Origin: a virus
Reading direction: 5' to 3' (one strand)
Length of the DNA: 64,000 nucleotides
Virus record (IMG/VR): IMGVR_UViG_3300026488_000011
Coordinates: 121,492 to 185,491 of that record
Both the position numbers and the translations under genes were made by a program. Shown here in pieces: positions 10,462-19,126 of this stretch (positions are counted from its first letter, which is position 1; each line of letters begins with the position of its first letter). The notes under the pieces are model-generated. The model did no database searches. It was not told where the DNA came from and saw nothing but the letters and a program-made list of their open reading frames with translations.

Positions 10462-10489
10462 ATGTACCGGTTTTACTTAACCGGTACAT
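10462..10489 (-). terminator. Intrinsic terminator overlapping a stop codon
   Basis: ATGTACCGGTT-TTACTT-AACCGGTACAT; U-rich tract follows on the minus strand (10448-10459). Confidence 0.75.
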
Positions 10490-11135
10490 ATTTAATTAGT
10501 TGTTTATAAGGGATAGGTTCTGTTAGGTAAATTTCTAGTTGAGGCAATGCGTCACCTAACATGTTCTTATCACCTTTTTCTATTTGGAAGTCTACTAGTT
10601 CTTGTACATCCCAGTTTTGTTCCTCTACATATTTCTTAGCTTCATCTACTGTCATGAAGTAAGGAATACCTAGCTTATCATAAATCTCTCTCATATTCTG
10701 TTCGTAAGCTAGGAAAGCATCATCGATGTTCATTTTTCTAAATTGTTTTCTCCATTTATCAGCTACTTTTTCAGTTTCTAAAATTACTTTTTTAAGTCCT
10801 GATAGATGTACATATTTTACCTTATCTTTGTGTTCTTCTAAGTCGGCCATGTAACTACAAGATTGTCCAATATCAAATTTCCTAAATCCTGCATTTACTA
10901 ATTGTTTAATATGTTCGTCTGTTAACAAGAACGGGAAAACATGCACCACATGAATGTGGATACTTGAGTAATAAATCCCTCTGGTCTTAAACATATTGTC
11001 TACTACCTGTTTATACTTAGGGTCTTCTAGTGCAATAACACTTACCGGTCTGATACTAGGATATCCGCATTTACCGAATAGGTATACAGGAAATCCTCCA
11101 CTGGTCGCTGACGCGTATTTGTCTAAGAAATCCAT
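10473..11135 (-). CDS. Hypothetical protein (phiKZ-family-like)
   Basis: 220-aa ORF with GGAG RBS; C-terminal PQLEIY motif. Confidence 0.65.
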   Translation of the reverse strand: MDFLDKYASATSGGFPVYLFGKCGYPSIRPVSVIALEDPKYKQVVDNMFKTRGIYYSSIHIHVVHVFPFLLTDEHIKQLVNAGFRKFDIGQSCSYMADLEEHKDKVKYVHLSGLKKVILETEKVADKWRKQFRKMNIDDAFLAYEQNMREIYDKLGIPYFMTVDEAKKYVEEQNWDVQELVDFQIEKGDKNMLGDALPQLEIYLTEPIPYKQLIKYVPVK

Positions 11136-11187
11136 TTTTCTCTCCTTATTAGTTGTTTACATCACTAGATGGTAAATTTACCACCTT

Positions 11188-11204
11188 CTTATAAATTATA
11201 TATG
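11188..11204 (-). promoter_or_regulatory. Putative phage early promoter element
   Basis: CATATATAATTTATAAG on the minus strand; the ATATWAYTTAW core recurs upstream of five non-structural genes. Confidence 0.4.
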
Positions 11205-11248
11205 AGTATTTTATGTTAACTCTAAAGTGATCTGATAAAGGAGAATAG

Positions 11249-12070
11249 ATGGTAAGAAAGTTATTAGTTATAATGTTGTTATTAATAGGTTTATTGTTCG
11301 ACATAAGTCATGCCGGGACTAAATGTTCTGTTAAAGATTACATACCTGAAAAAGCCAAAGAGTTATTACCTACTATTTATAAAGAAGTAAATAGAATCAT
11401 AGGAGAAGACTTTAAATATCCATATTACTTTCCCGCATTAATAGAACATGAAAGTTGTGTCGTTTTGTGTGGTAAAGGTTACTGGGCTAAAAGATGTTGG
11501 TCTCCTAAATCTAGATTAAAAACAAAAAGAGAAGAAGGAGCAGGTTTCTTTCAACTTACTAGGACATTTACCAGAACAGGTAGAGTAAAATGGGATATAA
11601 TTTCCTACTTAAAGAAACTTTATCCCAAAGAGTTAAGCGAACTTAACTGGAATAATGTATATGATAGACCCGATCTACAAATTAAAGCAGGTTTACTATT
11701 ATGGAAGAGAAACTTTGAAAGATTTAGCAAAAATATTCCGTTGGATACTAGATTAGCATTTTCAGATTCTGTATATAACGGTGGTTTTAGATGGTTTAAT
11801 AAAGAGAGGAGTCTTTGTAAAATGAAGAAGGGATGTGATCCTAATAGATGGTTTGGACATGTAGAAAAGATAAAGAGCAAGAGAGCTATTAGAAAACTAT
11901 ATGGTGATAGAACAGCATGGGATATAAATAGACACCATGTAAGAGATGTGATTAAGGTAAGATTACCTAAGTATGAAAAAGACTACGAAGAAAACTTTAA
12001 GAAAGAAAAAGTAAAAACATTGCAAGAGATTTTGGAAGAATTATTGGAAGAAGACAACTGGGACTATTAA
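11249..12070 (+). CDS. Lytic transglycosylase (SLT-like) with N-terminal signal peptide; candidate endolysin
   Basis: Signal peptide MVRKLLVIMLLLIGLL..SHA, catalytic ALIEHES, GAGFFQLT motif, YNGG motif. Confidence 0.8.
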   Translation: MVRKLLVIMLLLIGLLFDISHAGTKCSVKDYIPEKAKELLPTIYKEVNRIIGEDFKYPYYFPALIEHESCVVLCGKGYWAKRCWSPKSRLKTKREEGAGFFQLTRTFTRTGRVKWDIISYLKKLYPKELSELNWNNVYDRPDLQIKAGLLLWKRNFERFSKNIPLDTRLAFSDSVYNGGFRWFNKERSLCKMKKGCDPNRWFGHVEKIKSKRAIRKLYGDRTAWDINRHHVRDVIKVRLPKYEKDYEENFKKEKVKTLQEILEELLEEDNWDY

Positions 12071-12161
12071 TCTATTGGTTGTCTTTTTCCATGTCATGTC
12101 CAGCTAACCTCGATCTTGAGAATTCTTCTCTTTGAAATTGCTTTAACAAATAATAAAAGTA

Positions 12162-12189
12162 TAGATATGGAGCAACAGCTCCATATCTA
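12162..12189 (-). terminator. Intrinsic terminator
   Basis: TAGATATGGAGC-AACA-GCTCCATATCTA, 4 nt after the stop at 12194. Confidence 0.7.
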
Positions 12190-12193
12190 GATA

Positions 12194-12526
12194 TTAAATC
12201 ATTTTCATTATAGCGGCAGCTATGATGATAGCCCCAGCTAATAAATTAATGCTTCTGGCTAATAGTGCAATACTGGATGCTTTTGGATCTTGTTTAGCTT
12301 TCTCCACTAGATCTCTAGGCTTTCCGTAGACAGGATCTATAAAGTAATCATATAGCACTTCCAATATCCAGTGTCCTGTAGCTGCTACTACTATCATCCC
12401 AGACGCCAATATCAAAGGCGCTCCAAAAGATATATTTTGGAATAATTTTGTATCTGGATCTGTTCCTAAAAAATATATAGGAAATGCAATTACTACTAGT
12501 AAACCTATTAACGTTCTTTTACTCAT
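12194..12526 (-). CDS. Small multi-pass membrane protein, candidate holin
   Basis: Three hydrophobic segments, LVEKAKQDP.ASSIALLA motif, adjacent to the SLT gene. Confidence 0.5.
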   Translation of the reverse strand: MSKRTLIGLLVVIAFPIYFLGTDPDTKLFQNISFGAPLILASGMIVVAATGHWILEVLYDYFIDPVYGKPRDLVEKAKQDPKASSIALLARSINLLAGAIIIAAAIMKMI

Positions 12527-12954
12527 GTTCTATTTCCTTCCTCTAGAGCAATTATTTCTTCACCACATCTCAGAATATCCATTCTCTTCAACTTTCTGTC
12601 CATAATTAATTTAATACCTATTTCTTTTAAAGCATCTTTAATATTGCATATATCTGCTTTTTCATTTACAAAGATCAGTAGGGTATCTTGAGATTCTTTC
12701 TTAAATGCGATTAGATTTGACCATAACTTTAGTTTTTTGTTTTTAAAGTAATTCTCGAACATTTCTCTCACAGTCCTAGGACCTAATCCAGTATCTATAG
12801 TAGTATTTAGCAAATCAGCATATCTAGTACTATCCATTAGTATTCTACAGAACATAATGTCGTTTAGTTTAGTATGTAATCTAACAACAGGTTTGAAGCC
12901 AGCTGGTATCTTCTCCATATTTCCTCCAATTATTTTAATCATAAAATCGAACAA
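12523..12954 (-). CDS. Hypothetical protein
   Basis: ORF between nrdB and the membrane gene; the likely start is the internal Met (MEKIPAG) after GGAGG. Confidence 0.6.
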   Translation of the reverse strand: MFDFMIKIIGGNMEKIPAGFKPVVRLHTKLNDIMFCRILMDSTRYADLLNTTIDTGLGPRTVREMFENYFKNKKLKLWSNLIAFKKESQDTLLIFVNEKADICNIKDALKEIGIKLIMDRKLKRMDILRCGEEIIALEEGNRT

Positions 12955-12965
12955 GTAAAGACGGA

Positions 12966-14006
12966 TTAGAAATCGTTTAGATCTATTCCTCCCTTACTAT
13001 AATTAACCACATTACCTTCAAAGAAGTTTGTTTTTTGTTCGTTAAAGCTACTAAAACTATCAAACCAGGTAATAGGATTTTTGAGACCTACATCCGGGAA
13101 TAACAGTTCTATGCCCATAGCCTGGGCTCTTTTATTTACAAGATATTTTGTAAATCTATCGATAAGTTCCTTACTAGTTCCTAATATTTCATCATTAGTA
13201 ATATACCAACCCCAATCTCTCTCAAGCTCGTATGCTGCGTATAACATATCCTTTATGTTCTTTATAACTTCAGGTGTGAATAAATCAGGATATTCTTTCT
13301 TGATTTCTTTAAATATATTTGCGAATAACGCAGTATGTGTTACTTCATCGCGTTGGATAAATCTGATCATCTGTGAACTACCTATCATCTTACCAGCTCT
13401 TGCTAGTAGGTAGAAAGCACTAAATCCGTTGTAGAAATAAACACCTTCTAAAGCTTGGTTAGCTACAATCATATATATCTTAGCTTCATCATCACCTTCT
13501 AAAGCTTTCTTACCCCATTCCTCATATACGTTACCTATAAATTCATTTTTCTTTCTGAGTTGCTCATCAGCTCTCCACATTTCATAAATACCATCAGTAT
13601 CTAAAGATATACTATCTACCATTACTGCATAACTTTGACTATGCAAAGCTTCTTCGTATGCTTGCCTTACAATACACATATTTACTTCAGGAGCAGTGAT
13701 CCATGGATTTACATTATCAGGTGTGTTATTAGTCTGGATAGAATCCATAAAGATAAGTTGGCTTAATGCCTTATCATACATTCTTTTTTCAGCTGGTGTT
13801 AGTTGCTTATATTGTTTAGCATCCTCTGTTAAATCAACCTCTCTAGGAAACCATGTATTAGCTAACATCACTTCCCATAGGTTGTAGGCCCATGGATAAC
13901 TTAGCTTGTTTAAGTTAATAATCCCCTCTGTACATCCGTTTATAATAGAAGTAGTACTTCCTTTATGCATAGGACAATTATAATTAAATAATTTTTTTGT
14001 GTTCAT
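12966..14006 (-). CDS. nrdB: Ribonucleotide reductase class Ia beta subunit
   Basis: NTWFPREV, D-S-I-Q-T-N-N, EEALHSQSY (iron ligands and radical Tyr), EGVYFYNGF, IQRDEVTH, NFFEGNVVNYS. Confidence 0.95.
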   Translation of the reverse strand: MNTKKLFNYNCPMHKGSTTSIINGCTEGIINLNKLSYPWAYNLWEVMLANTWFPREVDLTEDAKQYKQLTPAEKRMYDKALSQLIFMDSIQTNNTPDNVNPWITAPEVNMCIVRQAYEEALHSQSYAVMVDSISLDTDGIYEMWRADEQLRKKNEFIGNVYEEWGKKALEGDDEAKIYMIVANQALEGVYFYNGFSAFYLLARAGKMIGSSQMIRFIQRDEVTHTALFANIFKEIKKEYPDLFTPEVIKNIKDMLYAAYELERDWGWYITNDEILGTSKELIDRFTKYLVNKRAQAMGIELLFPDVGLKNPITWFDSFSSFNEQKTNFFEGNVVNYSKGGIDLNDF

Positions 14007-14063
14007 GTTCTCTCCTTATTCTAATTTTAGTCATGATAGGATAGAGGGATAAAAAATAAATGC

Positions 14064-14091
14064 ACAGAGAGATATTTGAATATCTCTCTGT
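14064..14091 (-). terminator. Intrinsic terminator between nrdA and nrdB
   Basis: ACAGAGAGATATT-TG-AATATCTCTCTGT, 5 nt after the nrdA stop; U-tract follows. Confidence 0.7.
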
Positions 14092-14096
14092 ATCTC

Positions 14097-16499
14097 TTAT
14101 TGACATCCAGCGCATTCTATACTTCTATCCATTACTTCATCTTGCTCCGGCGATTTACTTCTTAGGTAGTAGAAACTTTTAATACCTAACTTCCATCCAG
14201 TAGTGTAAATATCATTTAGGTATCTACCGCTTGCTTTTTCTGGGTCGATATAAATGTTTAGACTCTGTGCCTGATCTAACCATTTTTGTCTCACCGCTGC
14301 TGCTTTAACTGGTAGGAGTTGGTTTATCTCATACGCTCCTACGTAGTACATATACGTATCGACGCTCAATTCAGGAACCACCACCGGTATTAAACCAGAC
14401 GCATTTTCTTCAAACCACTTTTTCTTATATACTGGTTCAATTGTAGGAGTAGTCCCTGTTAGTATAGAAATGGAACTCGTAGGCGCTATTGCCATTAAAT
14501 ACCCGTTTCTTATACCTCCCTTTACTTTTTCTTTTAAACTATCCCAGTCTCTTCCATATGTTCTATCTGTAAGTTTTTTAGCCTCAGGATGTTGATGGTC
14601 TACAACCGTAATACCTTTACTCCATTCGCTTCCTTCAAACTCTGGATAGCTACCTTTTTCTCTAGCAAGATCTGCAGATGCATTAATTGCTTCATAGGCT
14701 ATATTTTCATAGATTTCATCTATTAGTTCTAAATGTTCTTTACTTCCATACATAATTTGTTTTTTAGCTAACATATGTGCTTCACCCATAGCACCTAGAC
14801 CTATCGCTCTAGTCTTTAGATTTGTATCTCTTGTAGATTTTGTTACGTATAAGTTTAAATCGATAACGTTATCTAACATTCTTACAGCTATAGGTACTAT
14901 CTTAGTGATTTCTTCTTTGTCATTTACCTTACTTAAGTTAAGACTAGCTAAGTTACATACTAGCGTTCTTCTCTCTTTAGTTTTCTCTCTAGTAGTAAAA
15001 GTAATTTTCTTATTAGGTTTAGTAGCTAATTTATCTTGTGTTGTTAATCTTTTAGCTTTCTTAGTAAACGTCCTGTTGCCTGATATTACCTCTACATCTT
15101 CTTCTTGATCTAAGAAGATTGTTTCTCCGTCTTCAAATATTACTTTAATCTTCCACTCAGCAGGAGCTGTTACCTGACTAATCTCTGTGCATAGGTTAGA
15201 ACTATTGATCGTACCTGCATGTGCATTTTGATTTCTTCTATTATGTTCGTCCTTAAAACATATGAACGGATTTCCAGTCTCGTAATATTCTAATAGGATT
15301 TTCTTCCACAGTTCTTTAGCGCTGATTTTTTCTTTTCTAATTGTTGGATCATTTTCATATTTCTCATATAGTTTCTTAAATTCTTCTCCATACGTAAAAT
15401 GTAAATCTCTTACATCTTTAGGATCAAATAGTGTCCAATCTTCGTCGTTTTGCGCTCTCTCCATAAACAAATCTGGAATCCATAGCGCCGGGAATAAGTC
15501 GTGAGCTCTTCTTCTTTCTTCTCCAGAGTTTTTCTTTAAGTCTAAGAAATCTAAAATATCCATATGCCATGGTTCTAGGTAAGGTGCAATTGCTCCGCGC
15601 CTACTACCTAACTGATCTACCGATATAGCAATATCATTTGTAATCTTCATCCATGGTATTAATCCTCCCGATGCTCCTTTAACAGTGTCTATGATAGAAC
15701 CAGTAGATCTAGGTAGAGTCCAGTCCCATCCAATACCGCCTCCGTATTTACTTAGTAATGCCATTTCCTTATATACGTCGAATATATCTTCTATATTATC
15801 TTCAGTCACTCCTGCAAAGCAAGATGATAATTGATGTCTATTCTTTCTAGCATTACTTAGTGTAGGCGTAGCTACCATTACCTTAAAAGTACTGATTACA
15901 TCATAAAACTGCTTAGCCCAATATGTCGGATCTTTTTCTTCACTAGCTAGCCACATTGCTATTGCCATAAACATGTGTTGCGGTAATTCGAAAAGATTAC
16001 CTTTCTCATCTTTAGATAAATATCTATCATAAGCCATCTTAATACCAAGATAAGTAAACTGTAAATCTCTGTCGGGTTTAATATAGTTACTTAATTCATC
16101 CAGATCAAATTTAGATTCGTCTAATAACTTAGGATGTATTACATCATGATCTACACCATATTCTAAATACGTTCGTAAGCTATGACTATAAGGTTTGCCT
16201 TTTATACCGCCTAACAGTTTACCTACCTTATGATACATATCGTTTAGAAATAGTCTAGCCGCTACAAACGACCAATCAGGTCTATCAATATCTATTTTAT
16301 CTACAGCAGTTTTTATTAACGTAGATTGTATTTCTTCTGTAGTCATTTTGTCTCTGAATTGTAATTTAGCATCTAACTCTAGTTCGCTAAAATCTACATT
16401 ATTTAATCCTTCCGTAGCGCTTAAAGTCTGTTTTCTTATCTTTTTAATATCTAAATCTTCTAGTTTACCATCTCTCTTTATAACCTTAATGCCTTTCAC
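14097..16499 (-). CDS. nrdA: Ribonucleotide reductase class Ia alpha subunit with ATP cone
   Basis: VIKRDG ATP cone, ATPTLSNA, LSSCF, SNLCTEI, CNLASLNL, AIAPTSSIS, YYLRS, C-terminal CAGCQ. Start revised from 16544 to the GTG at 16499, which follows an AAGGAG RBS. Confidence 0.95.
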   Translation of the reverse strand: MKGIKVIKRDGKLEDLDIKKIRKQTLSATEGLNNVDFSELELDAKLQFRDKMTTEEIQSTLIKTAVDKIDIDRPDWSFVAARLFLNDMYHKVGKLLGGIKGKPYSHSLRTYLEYGVDHDVIHPKLLDESKFDLDELSNYIKPDRDLQFTYLGIKMAYDRYLSKDEKGNLFELPQHMFMAIAMWLASEEKDPTYWAKQFYDVISTFKVMVATPTLSNARKNRHQLSSCFAGVTEDNIEDIFDVYKEMALLSKYGGGIGWDWTLPRSTGSIIDTVKGASGGLIPWMKITNDIAISVDQLGSRRGAIAPYLEPWHMDILDFLDLKKNSGEERRRAHDLFPALWIPDLFMERAQNDEDWTLFDPKDVRDLHFTYGEEFKKLYEKYENDPTIRKEKISAKELWKKILLEYYETGNPFICFKDEHNRRNQNAHAGTINSSNLCTEISQVTAPAEWKIKVIFEDGETIFLDQEEDVEVISGNRTFTKKAKRLTTQDKLATKPNKKITFTTREKTKERRTLVCNLASLNLSKVNDKEEITKIVPIAVRMLDNVIDLNLYVTKSTRDTNLKTRAIGLGAMGEAHMLAKKQIMYGSKEHLELIDEIYENIAYEAINASADLAREKGSYPEFEGSEWSKGITVVDHQHPEAKKLTDRTYGRDWDSLKEKVKGGIRNGYLMAIAPTSSISILTGTTPTIEPVYKKKWFEENASGLIPVVVPELSVDTYMYYVGAYEINQLLPVKAAAVRQKWLDQAQSLNIYIDPEKASGRYLNDIYTTGWKLGIKSFYYLRSKSPEQDEVMDRSIECAGCQ

Positions 16500-16585
16500 A
16501 TTCGCTCCTTTATTAGTTTTATCTAGTCCTCTCTTTTGAGTCAACAGAAGACAGAATAAAATTTTCTAAGAAAGGATACAGGAAA

Positions 16586-17263
16586 ATGAATAAAGCTCTA
16601 CGTGATTTAATGATATTTGCAGATAAAACTTCTTGTTATAAGGTTAAGGTAATGAAAGAGCTTATGAAACGAATTAATCCACGAGAATACGGGTTTACTG
16701 GAAATGAGATACTGACCACTATTAATGGTGATGAAACAGTTCTAACGTACCAGGATAAGATATTGGATTGCGATAGTTTAATAAAGCTTAACTTGGAAAT
16801 AAAATTCTTTCTGAGAAATGATAAGAAGACAGACATAGAGATTAATCTAACAATGTGTGAAGTAGGAAATCTTATTGAGGCAAAATTATATAAGGACGAC
16901 AGGACTGTGAAATTAGTAGAAGAGTTCCTTGATATAGTATTAGAGAGGTTAGAAGATCATTTTGGTAGAATAGAGACTAAAACTATTAGAGATATTAAAA
17001 AACAGTGTTGTTGTGTGATCATTACACAAGGAATCACTATTTCAGATACATACCATCATGCATTTTTTAGATTCCAGGAAGATGTTTTGAAAGCATTAAA
17101 AGAAGGTAACACAAATGAGGTCGATATTACATTACTACACCTCAAAAAGATAATTTTTGACAGATTACGCATGGATAGCGACGTAATCGGTGGAGAAAAA
17201 CAATTGATACGAAAATTAGCGAAATTAAAGAAAGAAATAACAGAGACAGATAGAGAGAATTAA
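16586..17263 (+). CDS. Hypothetical protein
   Basis: 225-aa ORF, no recognisable motif. Confidence 0.65.
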   Translation: MNKALRDLMIFADKTSCYKVKVMKELMKRINPREYGFTGNEILTTINGDETVLTYQDKILDCDSLIKLNLEIKFFLRNDKKTDIEINLTMCEVGNLIEAKLYKDDRTVKLVEEFLDIVLERLEDHFGRIETKTIRDIKKQCCCVIITQGITISDTYHHAFFRFQEDVLKALKEGNTNEVDITLLHLKKIIFDRLRMDSDVIGGEKQLIRKLAKLKKEITETDREN

Positions 17264-17274
17264 TTCTCTCTATC
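17249..17274. repeat. 26-bp perfect palindrome containing the overlapping stops of two convergent genes
   Basis: GATAGAGAGAATT|AATTCTCTCTATC; both proteins end in DREN*. Confidence 0.9.
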
Positions 17275-17580
17275 CGGGTTTTCATCTTTCCACAATTTTT
17301 TAAAATAATTTACCAAACTTAAAAAATTATTCCAATCGTATTCAGTACACTTCTGTCTATAAGATCTCTTGTAATTATTATGGAAATTCATGTGGCAATT
17401 CGAACACACTGTGACTCCATTATCAATATCAAATCTCTTGTCTTTAAAATAAGTGGCATGATCTTTATGGTGTGCGTGTAGATGTTCCCTAGATCCACAT
17501 ACCTGACATTTACCATCTCTGGCAATTACGGCATCATGCCATTGTTGATACTCTCTACTATTTCTCCAATTTTTCTTCAT
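17260..17580 (-). CDS. Small HNH endonuclease
   Basis: CQVCG...LHAHH...NGVTVCSNCHMNFH. Confidence 0.85.
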   Translation of the reverse strand: MKKNWRNSREYQQWHDAVIARDGKCQVCGSREHLHAHHKDHATYFKDKRFDIDNGVTVCSNCHMNFHNNYKRSYRQKCTEYDWNNFLSLVNYFKKLWKDENPDREN

Positions 17581-17634
17581 TATTTCGTCCTTTAGATTTA
17601 ATCAGGTTAAAGAAAAAAAAAAGAGGAGGAAGAA

Positions 17635-18507
17635 TCAGAGTTGTTTAAGATAATTGATAAGATCGTCTTCTGTTTCAAATACAGCGAAGAATTTACCATT
17701 GTGTATAAAAACCTTACCAGGTACATCTAGATTTTCTAGTGCTCTGTTTCTTCTATCGAAACTATCTGGTTTTACTGGCACGACTTGTGCTTTCCATTTT
17801 TGTTTATTTTCGTCATACCAGTAAACGATGTCTACGTCAGAAAATTCTTGGATAACCGGCAATACATATTGCCAGTTAGGAATAAATCCATTTTCAAATT
17901 TAAGTACTTTCCAACCATCTTTGGTGAGTTCTTCCACTATTTTAACTTCACTCGTTAACCTCCTCTTAGCCTCCTCTAATCTCTCTGCTTTTCTTTTTAA
18001 TCCTTTTAGCATTTTGTAGAGAAACCTTAGTGCTTCGTTAAAAGCGGTATGTTGTTGTTTCCCATATGGATTATCTGTATTAAAGTTAGCAACTATCCAC
18101 GGAAGCTCACCAGGTTGAGCTTTTCTGATACCAATGTCATGCAAGTCAGATATTTCGGTAATTTTGTTTAATTCCCCCATTATAGATTCAGGGATTAGGT
18201 TATTTTCTCTTAACCAGTCATAAACTAATCCACTAGATGCTTTTCTAAATTCTTTAGGATCGAACTGATGGTGATCGAATAGTTTTTTATCTTCATCTAG
18301 TTCTCTACCTACATCTATCACAAACACTACATCATAAAACTTTGTGAAACTTTCTACTAACTCGCTTCCCGTATGATTATTGTGATTGACTCTGATGACG
18401 TCTACATAATCAGCATCTTTCGCATAGAAACATTTTATTAATGCTGTTGCTAGAATTTCATCACAGTGAAATGTTCCCTCGTGTGTAATTATTGCTATTC
18501 TTGCCAT
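17635..18507 (-). CDS. MYG1-family (DHH-like) exonuclease
   Basis: THEGTFHCDE, VIDVG...FDHHQ, ASSGLVY, FIHNGKFFA. Confidence 0.85.
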   Translation of the reverse strand: MARIAIITHEGTFHCDEILATALIKCFYAKDADYVDVIRVNHNNHTGSELVESFTKFYDVVFVIDVGRELDEDKKLFDHHQFDPKEFRKASSGLVYDWLRENNLIPESIMGELNKITEISDLHDIGIRKAQPGELPWIVANFNTDNPYGKQQHTAFNEALRFLYKMLKGLKRKAERLEEAKRRLTSEVKIVEELTKDGWKVLKFENGFIPNWQYVLPVIQEFSDVDIVYWYDENKQKWKAQVVPVKPDSFDRRNRALENLDVPGKVFIHNGKFFAVFETEDDLINYLKQL

Positions 18508-18569
18508 AATTTCTCCTTTATTTAATTTTGTATTTCTACATAAGTTATATATAAATGAAAAAAGGTAGA

Positions 18570-18599
18570 AACTAGGAGACTATCTCTTGTCTCCTAGTT
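18570..18599 (-). terminator. Intrinsic terminator overlapping a stop codon
   Basis: AACTAGGAGAC-TATCTCTT-GTCTCCTAGTT. Confidence 0.7.
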
Positions 18600-18834
18600 C
18601 TTCTAATAACTTTTTATTAAAATTTATAGCATTCACTACATCGTTTAATCTCTCTGTGAGCTCAGTCTTCTTTTCAGGATCTACATTGTTAGAAAAGATA
18701 ATATCACATAACTTTTTCCTCAAATCTTCACCGTCTTTTATTTTCTGCTTTATAGCATCTTCATATATCATTCCTGCGTATTTACTTCCCTTATATCCGT
18801 AAAGATACTCTGACTTCTTAAATTCTTTTTTCAT
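18580..18834 (-). CDS. Small coiled-coil hypothetical protein
   Basis: 84-aa ORF in an operon. Confidence 0.6.
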   Translation of the reverse strand: MKKEFKKSEYLYGYKGSKYAGMIYEDAIKQKIKDGEDLRKKLCDIIFSNNVDPEKKTELTERLNDVVNAINFNKKLLEELGDKR

Positions 18835-18838
18835 AACG

Positions 18839-19126
18839 CTACCTTATTTTAGAGATTATTAAATGGACTATCCATACAGGTACTGATAAGAAACACAAAA
18901 CCAAACATATAAAAAAAGTTATAATCGTACCGATAACTGATAATAATCCACCTACTACTACGAAACATATTACTATTAGACCCGCAATTAGGGAAGCCGT
19001 TAGATCCTTAAGCGTTTGAGGAGGTCTTCCTTCTAGTAATGTATATACTAATAAAGACAATCCTAGGTAAAGCCATAACAAAATATACCAGTATGTAGTT
19101 ATTAAATTAACAACTTGTTCCATCAT
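18839..19126 (-). CDS. Small membrane protein
   Basis: 95 aa, mostly hydrophobic; overlaps the end of the thyX-like gene. Confidence 0.55.
   Translation of the reverse strand: MMEQVVNLITTYWYILLWLYLGLSLLVYTLLEGRPPQTLKDLTASLIAGLIVICFVVVGGLLSVIGTIITFFICLVLCFLSVPVWIVHLIISKIR

Noticed and set aside
14900-15180. Insert in NrdA between SNLCTEI and CNLASL as a possible intein
   Set aside because: Too short, with no intein N-terminal C/S block or C-terminal HN. It matches the lineage-specific insert recalled from Campylobacterota NrdA.
16500-16544. TTG start extending NrdA by 15 aa
   Set aside because: The GTG at 16499 has an AAGGAG RBS and places the ATP-cone VIKRDG at the usual N-terminal position.
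17607-17634. Long A-run downstream of the MYG1 gene as an intrinsic terminator
   Set aside because: A U-tract is present on the minus strand, but no convincing stem precedes it.
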